Both the position numbers and the translations under genes were made by a program. From contig CAKQBW010000001.1 of assembly GCA_934216505.1 (NCBI GenBank), forward strand, positions 20,553 to 84,552: a DNA stretch of 64,000 bases. Reading direction: 5' to 3'. How positions within the stretch are numbered: position 1 is the stretch's first letter; every line of letters begins with the position of its first letter. Origin of the DNA: an uncultured Alphaproteobacteria bacterium. Its GTDB lineage: Bacteria > Pseudomonadota > Alphaproteobacteria > CAAHEQ01 > UBA3637. Under the pieces are notes generated by a model. It saw only the letters and a program-made list of their open reading frames with translations. It was not told where the DNA came from and did no database searches. Positions 50,426 through 58,514 of the stretch are shown piece by piece.

Positions 50426-51910
50426 ATGGTTTCCAATACTGTTTTTTTTATTGCAGCAGAAATGACACCTTTTATTAAAACGGGGGGATTGGGAGATGTC
50501 GTTGGGGCTCTTCCGAAATCTTTGGTTGAAAAGGGTGTAGATGTGAAGGTTATTATTCCCCTTTATTCCAAAATAGATTATCAAAAATATGGCTTGCGCA
50601 AGGTGATGCAGGGAAATTGTGTCAATATGGGAGATTGTCAAGAGTTTTTCTGTGTCCATCATTCAAACTACATTCCCAAAGTGGATACTTACTTTATTGA
50701 ATTTAATAAGTATTTTGACCGAAATGGCGTCTATGATGATGCGATAAATCATATTGCTTATGGAGATAACGCCTATCGTTATGCGTTTTTTTGTCGGGCG
50801 GCCTTACAGACAATTAAAGATTTGAAGATTCAACCTAAGATTTTGCATTTACATGACTGGCAAACGGGGTTGATTCCTTATTATATCAAGTTTGAACATG
50901 ACCCTTTTTATGCTCAAACAAAGACACTTTTGACAATTCATAATCTGCCGTATCAAGGACGCTTTGGAGCTGATGTGCTTTCTTATGCGAAAATTGGGTG
51001 GGATGTTTTTCATTCAGGGGCTTTTGAAGATTATGGCTGTATTAACTTTTTAAAAGGGGGAATTCGTTTTGCTGATAAATTGAATACGGTTTCCCCGAAC
51101 TATGCCCGTGAGATTTTAACGCCAGAATTGGGGGCGGGGTTAGATTGGTTGTTACGTGAGCGTCAAGCCGATTTGAGTGGTATTTTGAATGGGATTGATA
51201 CGCAATTATGGAACCCCAAAAAGGATTTAATTATTTTGGAAAAGTATTCAGTGCGTAATTTTTCGCAAGGAAAGAGTGAAAACAAAAAATATTTGGTTCA
51301 AAAAATGGGGTTGGAAAGCGTGAAAAAACCTGTGATTTCTATGTGTGTTCGGTTATCAGAACAAAAGGGAATTAAGATGCTTTCAGAATGTATTGAACCT
51401 GTTTTGAATACTATGGAAACGCAATTTGTGATTATGGGCCAAGGGGAAAAATGGGCCAGTGATTACTTTTCTTCTTTGCCCCAAAAATACCCCGGTAAAA
51501 TTGCCGTTGATATTGGTTTTGATCCAGAAAAAGAACATATGATTTCAGCGGGGGCAGATTTTTCATTGATGCCCTCTGTTTATGAACCCTGTGGTTTGAC
51601 CCAAATGGTAAGTCAAACATATGGGGCTTTACCGATTGTTCGTTCTACAGGGGGGTTAGAAGATACTGTTTTGAATTATAATGAATACTACGGGGTGGGA
51701 ACAGGATTTAAATTTAATGATGTTTCCTCGCAGGCACTTTATAATACAATCGGGTGGGCTAATGCGACATATTATGATCGTCCTGAACATATAGAGCGTA
51801 TGCGTGAAATGGCAATGCAAAAAAACTATTCTTGGACAAAATCCAGTGAAGATTATAAAAGACTTTATCAACAAATATCAGGAGAATTAGTATGCAAAAA
51901 ATCAATGTAG
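50426..51910 (+). CDS. glgA: glycogen synthase
   Basis: FIAAEMTPFIKTGGLGDVVGALPK (KTGGL motif); 494 aa. Confidence 0.9.
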   Translation: MVSNTVFFIAAEMTPFIKTGGLGDVVGALPKSLVEKGVDVKVIIPLYSKIDYQKYGLRKVMQGNCVNMGDCQEFFCVHHSNYIPKVDTYFIEFNKYFDRNGVYDDAINHIAYGDNAYRYAFFCRAALQTIKDLKIQPKILHLHDWQTGLIPYYIKFEHDPFYAQTKTLLTIHNLPYQGRFGADVLSYAKIGWDVFHSGAFEDYGCINFLKGGIRFADKLNTVSPNYAREILTPELGAGLDWLLRERQADLSGILNGIDTQLWNPKKDLIILEKYSVRNFSQGKSENKKYLVQKMGLESVKKPVISMCVRLSEQKGIKMLSECIEPVLNTMETQFVIMGQGEKWASDYFSSLPQKYPGKIAVDIGFDPEKEHMISAGADFSLMPSVYEPCGLTQMVSQTYGALPIVRSTGGLEDTVLNYNEYYGVGTGFKFNDVSSQALYNTIGWANATYYDRPEHIERMREMAMQKNYSWTKSSEDYKRLYQQISGELVCKKSM

Positions 51911-52803
51911 CAATTATTGGTTGGGGAAATGTGGGTCGTGGTTGTAAACGGGCTATCAGTGAATGTAAGGATATGCGATTGGTGGGGGTAGTGCGCCGCC
52001 CTGCTTCTTTATATAAAAATAGAGAAGAATTGCAAGATACGATTGTGGTTTCGGATGTGTCAGAATTGAAAAATAAACCCGATGTGTTGTTGCTTTGTAT
52101 CCCTTCCCGTGAAGTTCCCGCTAAAGTGAAAGTGTATCAAGATATGGGGTATTGTACGGTGGATAGTTATGATGAGCATGAAAATATCCCTGTGTTTCGT
52201 CGTGAAGCGGATATTTCCGCAAAGGCTACAAATACTGTTTCTATAATTTCGGCTGGTTGGGATCCAGGAACCGATTCTATGGTACGGGCTTTGATGAAAA
52301 TTGTTTCTATTACAGGCCGTACAACGACCACCTTTGGGGGTGAAAAAGGCGGACGTAGTATGGGACATACGGCGGCTGTGAAGGCTATAGAAGGTGTTGT
52401 TGATGCGGTTGCTTTGACTTTGTCCAATGGACGGGGAAATCAAAAAAGACGCGTTTATGTTCAGGTAGATAAAAAGGAAAATGAGACTCGGGTTGAAAAA
52501 ATGATAAAAACGGATCCGTATTTTATCAATGATCCAACGGAGGTTTTGTTTGTCAAGGACATCAATAAATATAATACTTTACATCACGAAGGGGAAGTGG
52601 AACGCACGGCCCAAGAAGTCAATCAAAAGTATATTGTAGAAGGGGTAAATCCTGAATTTACCGCAAATGTGATGGTGGCTTCAGCACGGGCGGTTATCAA
52701 TGCCAAAAATAAAGAAGCCTATGGGGCTTATACTTTGTTGGAATTACCTTTAATCAGTTTCTTGCCTGGGGCAACGACAGAAGAAAAATTGGAAGGTTAT
52801 TAG
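51892..52803 (+). CDS. ddh: meso-diaminopimelate D-dehydrogenase
   Basis: VAIIGWGNVGRG Rossmann motif, SAGWDPGTDS, and GGEKGGRSMGHTAAV match the Ddh pattern. Overlaps the glgA end by 19 nt. Confidence 0.7.
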   Translation: MQKINVAIIGWGNVGRGCKRAISECKDMRLVGVVRRPASLYKNREELQDTIVVSDVSELKNKPDVLLLCIPSREVPAKVKVYQDMGYCTVDSYDEHENIPVFRREADISAKATNTVSIISAGWDPGTDSMVRALMKIVSITGRTTTTFGGEKGGRSMGHTAAVKAIEGVVDAVALTLSNGRGNQKRRVYVQVDKKENETRVEKMIKTDPYFINDPTEVLFVKDINKYNTLHHEGEVERTAQEVNQKYIVEGVNPEFTANVMVASARAVINAKNKEAYGAYTLLELPLISFLPGATTEEKLEGY

Positions 52804-52838
52804 TCTTTTAAACCTTTATTGATTTCGTCCAGAAAGGA

Positions 52839-54203
52839 ATGCTTATGAAGAGTTTTTTTGTTTGTATTTTGATGACTACCTGTTTATCAAGAATGGTTTT
52901 GGCGGATAATTTGAATCAAGTGTTGGCTTATTCATATAAGAATAACTTGACTTTGTCGGCCGAAAGAACGGGGCAGAAAATCACAGATGAGGAAGTGTCC
53001 AAAGCCAAATCGGGGTATCGTCCTCAGATCTATGCGGAAGGTTTTGTGGGGCGCAGTCATGATAAATTAGAGTACCAAAATTCAGCTATTCAAGCGGGAA
53101 CAAAGTATAACCAAAATCCAACTTCAGTTCAAATAAATTTAACTCAACCTTTGTTTTCGGGACTTTCTACATATCATTCTGTTCGGGCGGCCAAAGATAA
53201 AGTGCGGGCGGGACGCCATAGTTTGATAAGTGCTGAACAAAGCGTTTTGTTGGATACTGTTTCTGTGTATATGAATGTGATTCGGGATAAGGCAGTTTTG
53301 GAACTTCAAGAAAACCAAGAAAAAGTATTGAAAAGGCATTTGGATTCTTATCGTAAGCGTTTTAAAGCAGGGGAATTAACCCGTACAGATGTGGCACAAT
53401 CTGAAGCTAGGGCATCGGGGGCAACAGCAAAACGCATCGGGGCTGAAGGGGATTTAAAAAGGTCTGAGGCGTTGTTTTATAGTGTTGTTGGGGCCGAGCC
53501 GAAATCTTTGGAAGATGTGAAGGAAGTGGCTTTAAATTTACCCAAGACGATTGACGAGGCGATGGATTTAGCCATGAATCATAATCCTCAAATTTTGGCC
53601 GCCCGTTATGCGCAACAATCGGCTAAATATACGGTAAAAGCACAGAAAGGGGCCTTATCTCCTTCGGTCAATTTGGGGGCGTCAGCGGGACGTATGGAAG
53701 AAAGTACTTCGGTGGATAGGAATGATTATTGGAAGGTATCGGCTAATTTAACTATTCCTCTTTATCAATCAGGTACGGAATATGCCAATGTGCGTCAAGC
53801 GAAATTGACAGAAAACAAATATCGTATTTTATGGAATAAAACGATTCAAGATGTCCATGCAGAGGTCATCAGTACTTGGGAAAATTATATGGCGAGCAAA
53901 GCCCAAGTTGATTCTATTAAGGCGCAAATTAAGGCTTCAAAATTGGCTTTGGACGGTGTAATTCGGGAGGCTAGAGTTGGTTCTCGTACAGTTTTAGATG
54001 TATTAGATGCTGAGCAGGAACATTTGGATAATCAGGTGGCTTTGGTGCGGGTACATCATAATGAAATTGTATCGGCGTTTTCTTTGATGAGTACGATTGG
54101 ACGGATGAATCCCGAAAGTTTGGGGTTAGATGTTCCTGCTTATGATCCTCAGGAATACTATGAGATGGTCAAAAATAAGTGGGTTGGTTTTGGAATAGAA
54201 TAG
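52839..54203 (+). CDS. TolC-family outer membrane efflux protein
   Basis: Signal peptide. Two repeats of the OEP pattern (LNQVLAYSYKNNLTLSA...; ...LDVLDAEQEHLDNQVALVRVHHNEIVSAFSLMSTIG). Confidence 0.8.
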   Translation: MLMKSFFVCILMTTCLSRMVLADNLNQVLAYSYKNNLTLSAERTGQKITDEEVSKAKSGYRPQIYAEGFVGRSHDKLEYQNSAIQAGTKYNQNPTSVQINLTQPLFSGLSTYHSVRAAKDKVRAGRHSLISAEQSVLLDTVSVYMNVIRDKAVLELQENQEKVLKRHLDSYRKRFKAGELTRTDVAQSEARASGATAKRIGAEGDLKRSEALFYSVVGAEPKSLEDVKEVALNLPKTIDEAMDLAMNHNPQILAARYAQQSAKYTVKAQKGALSPSVNLGASAGRMEESTSVDRNDYWKVSANLTIPLYQSGTEYANVRQAKLTENKYRILWNKTIQDVHAEVISTWENYMASKAQVDSIKAQIKASKLALDGVIREARVGSRTVLDVLDAEQEHLDNQVALVRVHHNEIVSAFSLMSTIGRMNPESLGLDVPAYDPQEYYEMVKNKWVGFGIE

Positions 54204-54209
54204 GGGAAA

Positions 54210-54470
54210 ATGATGAATGAGCAGGAAATGACTACAGAAGAAATCCTTTCATCAATTCGTCAGATGCTGTCTGATGAAGTACGGCAAGGAGAACCCACAG
54301 AATCTGTTCCTGTTATATCAGAAATAACGGATGTGTTTGTTTTGACTCAAGAAATGCGCTGTCCGCCTGAAGATATTTTAAAGGAAAAGATGCAACGTGT
54401 GCTGGAAAAAATGTCTCAGCAAAAGCCTGAAAGTTCGTCTCAAATACTCAATTCAAATTGGAAAGTTTAA
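54210..54470 (+). CDS. hypothetical small acidic protein (86 aa)
   Basis: ORF with a GGGGAAAA RBS-like stretch; no recognisable domain. Confidence 0.35.
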   Translation: MMNEQEMTTEEILSSIRQMLSDEVRQGEPTESVPVISEITDVFVLTQEMRCPPEDILKEKMQRVLEKMSQQKPESSSQILNSNWKV

Positions 54471-55196
54471 TTATTTTCCCGCCCGACAGAGGGTCAGACA
54501 ATAAACTTTTTGGACTTTGGCTTTTTTCAATACTTTCGCACATTCGTTTAAAGTGGCCCCTGTGGTATAAACATCATCAATTAGAAGAATTTTCTTTCCT
54601 TGGATTTTTTCGGGCGTTGCCACATAAAAAGCCCCGCGCATATTTTCTTGACGTTTTTGTTTGTTCAGGTGGCCTTGTGAAGGTGTATTTCTCTTTCGTT
54701 TTAGAACCAAAGGCTGATATTCTTTTTTAAAATGTTGAGCCAATTTTTGTGCCAAGAGAGCAGATTGATTATACTTTCTTTTAAATAATCGCCTCGCATG
54801 CAAGGGAACAGGTATCAGAACATCGCATTCTTCAATTAAAGGTTTTCCTTTCAGAATCAACCACTTCACAAACAAAGGGGCTAATTCTTGATGGTCGGCG
54901 TGTTTAAAAGGTAAAATGAGGGATTTAATGGTGGTATTATATTGAAAAACGGAAAGGCATTTGTCAAATTTGGGAGGCTTTCTTAAGCATTCCCCGCACA
55001 TTTCTCCAGATAAAATTTCTCTGCCACACAGGGAACAAATATGGTTATTGATAAACTTTAACCCAGAAAAGCACGGACCACACAATAAAAACTCGTCCTG
55101 TAATCTCGCATGACAAATAGGACAATGGGGCGGTAGCAGGAAATTTAAAATTTGTTTAACTAAAGACACCTTGACATCCTTTGGGATAAAAACCAC
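54471..55196 (-). CDS. comF: ComF-family phosphoribosyltransferase-like protein
   Basis: N-terminal 4-Cys zinc finger (CPICHARL...CGPC) and C-terminal PRTase fold LLIDDVYTTGATLNECAKVL. Confidence 0.8.
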   Translation of the reverse strand: MVFIPKDVKVSLVKQILNFLLPPHCPICHARLQDEFLLCGPCFSGLKFINNHICSLCGREILSGEMCGECLRKPPKFDKCLSVFQYNTTIKSLILPFKHADHQELAPLFVKWLILKGKPLIEECDVLIPVPLHARRLFKRKYNQSALLAQKLAQHFKKEYQPLVLKRKRNTPSQGHLNKQKRQENMRGAFYVATPEKIQGKKILLIDDVYTTGATLNECAKVLKKAKVQKVYCLTLCRAGK

Positions 55197-55229
55197 TTAC
55201 TCTATAAGTATATTTAAAAGGAAGTAAAA

Positions 55230-55688
55230 ATGCAAAGAGAATCTTTTTGGATTAAATCTGGTCATTTCTTTTTCTTGTTTTTCGTAATGAATCTGATTGG
55301 GTTAGTGGCATATTCGTATATGACCCCAGAAACATTAGTGTGGTATAGCCACTTACCTAAACCGTCTTTAACCCCACCAAATGCCTACTTTGGAATTGCT
55401 TGGACAATTTTATTTTTTCTGATTTCTCTATCGGGGGCTTGGTTGTGGGATAAAGCCTCGTTTTTTTGGTTTAAAGGGCAGGTTGTGTTTATCTTTTTAT
55501 GGAGTTTTTGTTTTTTCTTTTTGCATTTACCTCAGGTAGCTTTTTATGTTTTGCTTTTGCTTATTATTTGTGAGATAGAAACAATTTTGACTTTTTATCC
55601 CAAATCAAAAGGTGGAAGTCTTTTACTGATTCCTTTATTGGTGTGGTCCTTATTTGCGTTGTATTTGAATGGGGTTATAATACTTTGA
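55230..55688 (+). CDS. tspO: TspO/MBR tryptophan-rich sensory protein
   Basis: 5-TM, W-rich; LPKPSLTPPNAYFGIAWTILFFL matches the TspO signature. Confidence 0.75.
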   Translation: MQRESFWIKSGHFFFLFFVMNLIGLVAYSYMTPETLVWYSHLPKPSLTPPNAYFGIAWTILFFLISLSGAWLWDKASFFWFKGQVVFIFLWSFCFFFLHLPQVAFYVLLLLIICEIETILTFYPKSKGGSLLLIPLLVWSLFALYLNGVIIL

Positions 55689-55694
55689 AATAAA

Positions 55695-55723
55695 TTGACA
55701 AAATTTCTAAAATGTGATAGAAT
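55695..55723 (+). promoter_or_regulatory. promoter TTGACA-17-TAGAAT with TG extension upstream of small ORF 55752
   Basis: Read directly. Confidence 0.55.
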
Positions 55724-55751
55724 ACACCTATGCTAAAAAAAGGAGTGTTTT

Positions 55752-55931
55752 ATGAATTGTAAAGAAACAGGTGATAAAGTAAGTGTAGCCGCAGGAGTGT
55801 TGTGTTGGCTATGTGTTTTGGGAACGCTGGCTTGTGCTTGTGCACGTGGCTATCAAGAGGTAAAGAAACATTTAGCGAAAAATAAGGCCCCTGCTGTTCA
55901 AATGATGAATGTGGGTCAAAAGATTCGTTAA
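55752..55931 (+). CDS. unlisted small ORF (59 aa) encoding a Cys-rich hydrophobic peptide, possibly entericidin-like
   Basis: TTGACA-17-TAGAAT promoter (55695-55723), AGGAG RBS 6 nt upstream of the ATG. Translation: MNCKETGDKVSVAAGVLCWLCVLGTLACACARGYQEVKKHLAKNKAPAVQMMNVGQKIR. Confidence 0.5.
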   Translation: MNCKETGDKVSVAAGVLCWLCVLGTLACACARGYQEVKKHLAKNKAPAVQMMNVGQKIR

Positions 55932-55939
55932 AAAAATTC

Positions 55940-55968
55940 TTGTGTTTTCAATTAAATTATGTTAGTAT
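55940..55968 (+). promoter_or_regulatory. candidate promoter (TTGTGT-17-TAGTAT) for tRNA-Glu
   Basis: Spacing is appropriate for a transcription start about 10 nt before the tRNA 5' end. Confidence 0.35.
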
Positions 55969-55984
55969 GATGGGGTCTAAAAAG

Positions 55985-56059
55985 GACCCTATCATCTAAT
56001 GGTTAGGATACAGCCCTCTCAAGGCTGGTATACGGGTTCAAATCCCGTTAGGGTCGCCA
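55985..56059 (+). tRNA. tRNA-Glu (anticodon read as CUC)
   Basis: 75-nt cloverleaf: acceptor GACCCTA/TAGGGTC, D-stem ATCT/GGAT, anticodon stem CAGCC/GGCTG with loop CTCTCAA, T-arm ACGGG-TTCAAAT-CCCGT, discriminator G, encoded CCA. Followed by a hairpin plus T-run. Confidence 0.8.
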
Positions 56060-56063
56060 ATAC

Positions 56064-56085
56064 CCCCTGATTGAAGGGGATTTTT
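56064..56085 (+). terminator. hairpin plus T-run after tRNA-Glu
   Basis: CCCCT-gattga-AGGGG followed by ATTTTT. Confidence 0.5.
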
Positions 56086-56353
56086 ATAAAGGATATTTTT
56101 TGTTATTCTTACTTTTTTAAGTTCCTTTGTCCTTCTTATGCAAGCGAGGATTTGTTGGGGATGGTATCGTTCCCGAACAGGTGGAAATTTCGTCAAAGAG
56201 GGCTCTACCCTAACAGATGCCCGAACAGGTCGGGCATGACAATTCCCTGTTTTGGCCTGTATTTACGGGCTGTGTGGGGTAAAAAGAGAGAAGCCTTAAA
56301 ATCCACCTTTCAAACAAGCGATAAAGCCCGTCAATAAAGGGAAGTAAGGTATA

Positions 56354-56373
56354 ACAAAAACGATCGTTTTTGT
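56354..56373. promoter_or_regulatory. perfect palindrome ACAAAAACGATCGTTTTTGT, copy 1 of a candidate operator pair upstream of the pilin-like gene
   Basis: 20-bp perfect inverted repeat; a second copy of the core CAAAAACGATCGTTTTTG lies 134 bp downstream. Confidence 0.5.
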
Positions 56374-56487
56374 CAATATGCTTTTTAGCGTCTTTTTGAA
56401 TTTTGATAATTTTAAAATAACTTATTGATTTTAAATAAGAATTTAATCGTTTGGTCATTTTCTCTCTTTCCACATTTTCCCCTATTC

Positions 56488-56505
56488 CAAAAACGATCGT
56501 TTTTG
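56488..56505. promoter_or_regulatory. perfect palindrome CAAAAACGATCGTTTTTG, copy 2, abutting a TATAGT -10-like hexamer ~45 nt upstream of the pilin-like ATG
   Basis: Identical 18-bp core followed immediately by TTATAGTGGG. Confidence 0.5.
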
Positions 56506-56557
56506 TTATAGTGGGATTCGCAAAGATTTTATTACTTATTTTTGAGGAGGAACTTAT

Positions 56558-57697
56558 ATGAAAAAAACAAAAGAATCAGGTCGCAGTATGGTTGAAATGC
56601 TGGGTGTTTTGGCCATTATTGGGGTGTTGAGTGTGGGCGGTATAGCGGGCTATACGACCGCTATGAACAAACATCGGGCGAATAAGATTTTAAATGGGGC
56701 GTCTGTGCGGGCCATCGTAGTTTCCACGCAAATCCAAAGAGGCTCTGCGGCACCGACACTCGGCGAATTTACAGATAACGAAGTCGGTGGGGCGAGACTT
56801 GGGACAGGTGTTCAAAACGCAGATGGGACAGCTACTTGGACCACAACAGACAAACGCTTTAGTTTGACTTTGACAGGGGTAAATGAAGATATTTGCACCC
56901 AAATGAAAGCCATGAAAGGGGAAAATGGCATCATCAAAGCCATCGCCGATGATTGTACCACGATTACCTATAATAACGATTTAACTGCAACGACTTTCAT
57001 AACGGACAATAAGGATTCCACGAGTTGCGAAAGTGCGGGCGGGGCTTGGAACGAAGCAACCAAGACCTGTGGGTGTCCAGGGCGCTATACAGGCTCTAAT
57101 TGTGAAATCGCCCCTACCACCTGTCCTTCAGAAACAACTCCCACCGAAGGCGGAAAGTGCAAGTGGTGTACTGATGAGGGAGACTGTGTCGTCTGTGAGA
57201 AGGAAGAAGAAGTAAAATGTGCTGACCTCCAATGTGGCTGTTATAACCCTAAAACCGAAAACGCAAAGTGTGGCAACTTTGCCTGTAAAACCTGTGAAAT
57301 AAAGAGTGATACCCCTGATGTTATTTGTGCTGAATACGGTAGTTGTATCTGCTATAACAAAAACACACAGAATGTAAAATGTGGCAACAAAAGATGTGGA
57401 ACCTGTGAAATAAAGAGTGATACCCCTGATGTTATTTGTGCTGAACACGGTAGTTGTATCTGCTATAACAAAAACACACAGAATGCAGGATGTAACAACA
57501 GCTACTGTAAAACCTGTGAACTAAAGAGTGATACCTCTGATGTTATTTGTCCTGGATATGGTGATTGTATCTGTTATAATAAGAACACACAGAATGTAAC
57601 ATGTAACGACTATAGATGTGGAACCTGTGAAATAAAGAGTGATACCCCTATCGCACGATGTGAGGATAATGGCACATGTTCCTGTGTGGCGGAGTAG
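56558..57697 (+). CDS. prepilin-type protein with large Cys-rich tandem-repeat C-terminal domain (379 aa)
   Basis: N-terminus ...SG|RSMVEMLGVLAIIGVLSVGGIAGYTTAMNKHRANKIL is pilin-like. C-terminus holds 4 tandem 37-aa modules CKTCEIKSDTPDVICAEYGSCICYNKNTQNVKCGNKR. Strong RBS GAGGAGG. Confidence 0.6.
   Translation: MKKTKESGRSMVEMLGVLAIIGVLSVGGIAGYTTAMNKHRANKILNGASVRAIVVSTQIQRGSAAPTLGEFTDNEVGGARLGTGVQNADGTATWTTTDKRFSLTLTGVNEDICTQMKAMKGENGIIKAIADDCTTITYNNDLTATTFITDNKDSTSCESAGGAWNEATKTCGCPGRYTGSNCEIAPTTCPSETTPTEGGKCKWCTDEGDCVVCEKEEEVKCADLQCGCYNPKTENAKCGNFACKTCEIKSDTPDVICAEYGSCICYNKNTQNVKCGNKRCGTCEIKSDTPDVICAEHGSCICYNKNTQNAGCNNSYCKTCELKSDTSDVICPGYGDCICYNKNTQNVTCNDYRCGTCEIKSDTPIARCEDNGTCSCVAE
57285..57697 (+). 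repeat. ~3.7 tandem copies of a 111-bp (37-aa Cys-rich) in-frame repeat in the pilin-like gene
   Basis: CCTGTGAAATAAAGAGTGATACCCCTGATGTTATTTGTGCTGAA recurs at 57291 and 57402, with diverged copies at ~57513 and ~57624. Confidence 0.75.
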
Positions 57698-57732
57698 AAA
57701 AGGGGCTGATTGAAGGGCTGTTAAAAAATGGG

Positions 57733-57761
57733 TTGAAAAATTTTTTAATCTGTGGTATAAT
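57733..57761 (+). promoter_or_regulatory. promoter TTGAAA-17-TATAAT upstream of rpmI-rplT
   Basis: Read directly. Confidence 0.6.
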
Positions 57762-57837
57762 AGCCCTCGTTTGCCAAAGGGGCTGGAAAAATTTGGCTGC
57801 CCTCAGGCGTTGATAAACATTTAAAAAAGGATAAAAA

Positions 57838-58041
57838 ATGCCAAAATTAAAAACAAAAAGTTGCGTTAAAAAACGCTGCAAACTCACAAAGAACAATAAA
57901 GTAAAGGTTGGACATGTCAATAAGCGTCACTTGTTGATGAATCATCCTCATAAGCGTAATCGTCAAGCCCGTCGGACTCATGCCGCTAGCTCAACGGTGA
58001 GCAAGATTTTAAAGTTCTTTATCCATGGGAAAGGAGTATAA
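57838..58041 (+). CDS. rpmI: 50S ribosomal protein L35
   Basis: MPKLKTKS...KRHLLMNHPHKRNRQARR; 67 aa; preceded by a TTGAAA-17-TATAAT promoter. Confidence 0.88.
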   Translation: MPKLKTKSCVKKRCKLTKNNKVKVGHVNKRHLLMNHPHKRNRQARRTHAASSTVSKILKFFIHGKGV

Positions 58042-58044
58042 GCT

Positions 58045-58404
58045 ATGGCAAGAGTAAAGCGTGGCGTTACCGCCCATGTTAAGCATAAGAAAATTTTAAA
58101 GTTGGCCAAAGGGTATCGTGGTCGTAACTCTAAAGTTTATACGATTGCAAAAGAAAAAGTTGAAAAAGGATTACAATATGCCTATCGTGACCGTCGGGCC
58201 AAAAAGACCGATATGCGTCAATTGTGGATTGCCCGTATTAATGCGGCTGTTCGCCAAAATGGCTTGATCTATTCTGTCTTTATGAATGGATTGAAAAAGG
58301 CAGGGATTGTTATGGACCGTAAAATGTTGGCCAAAGTTGCTGTGGAAGATGCTTCCGCTTTTGCAAAGTTGGTTGAAGCGGCCAAAACTTCTTTGAAAAA
58401 ATAA
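58045..58404 (+). CDS. rplT: 50S ribosomal protein L20
   Basis: [28 protein letters not shown]20 N-terminus; followed by a rho-independent terminator. Confidence 0.95.
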   Translation: MARVKRGVTAHVKHKKILKLAKGYRGRNSKVYTIAKEKVEKGLQYAYRDRRAKKTDMRQLWIARINAAVRQNGLIYSVFMNGLKKAGIVMDRKMLAKVAVEDASAFAKLVEAAKTSLKK

Positions 58405-58423
58405 TTCTTTTTCAAAAAAATAA

Positions 58424-58452
58424 AACAGCCCCGTTAAAAGGGCTGTTTTTTT
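58424..58452 (+). terminator. rho-independent terminator after rplT
   Basis: AACAGCCC-cgttaaaa-GGGCTGTT followed by TTTTT. Confidence 0.8.
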
Positions 58453-58514
58453 ATTGACAAAATCTTAAAAATAGTTTAATTATAAAACATGATTTTATTA
58501 AAAAAGGGGGAAAA

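Noticed and set aside
56086-56340. Possible tmRNA, SRP RNA or RNase P RNA
   Set aside because: No tRNA-like 3' end, no tag-reading frame ending in ...AA-stop, and no AGGUCCGGAAGGAAGCAGC-like SRP motif; too short for RNase P.
56071-56473. Two listed ORFs (plus strand 56071..56337, minus strand 56210..56473) in the tRNA-pilin intergenic region
   Set aside because: They overlap each other on opposite strands, lack RBSs, and lie in a region better explained as regulatory or noncoding.
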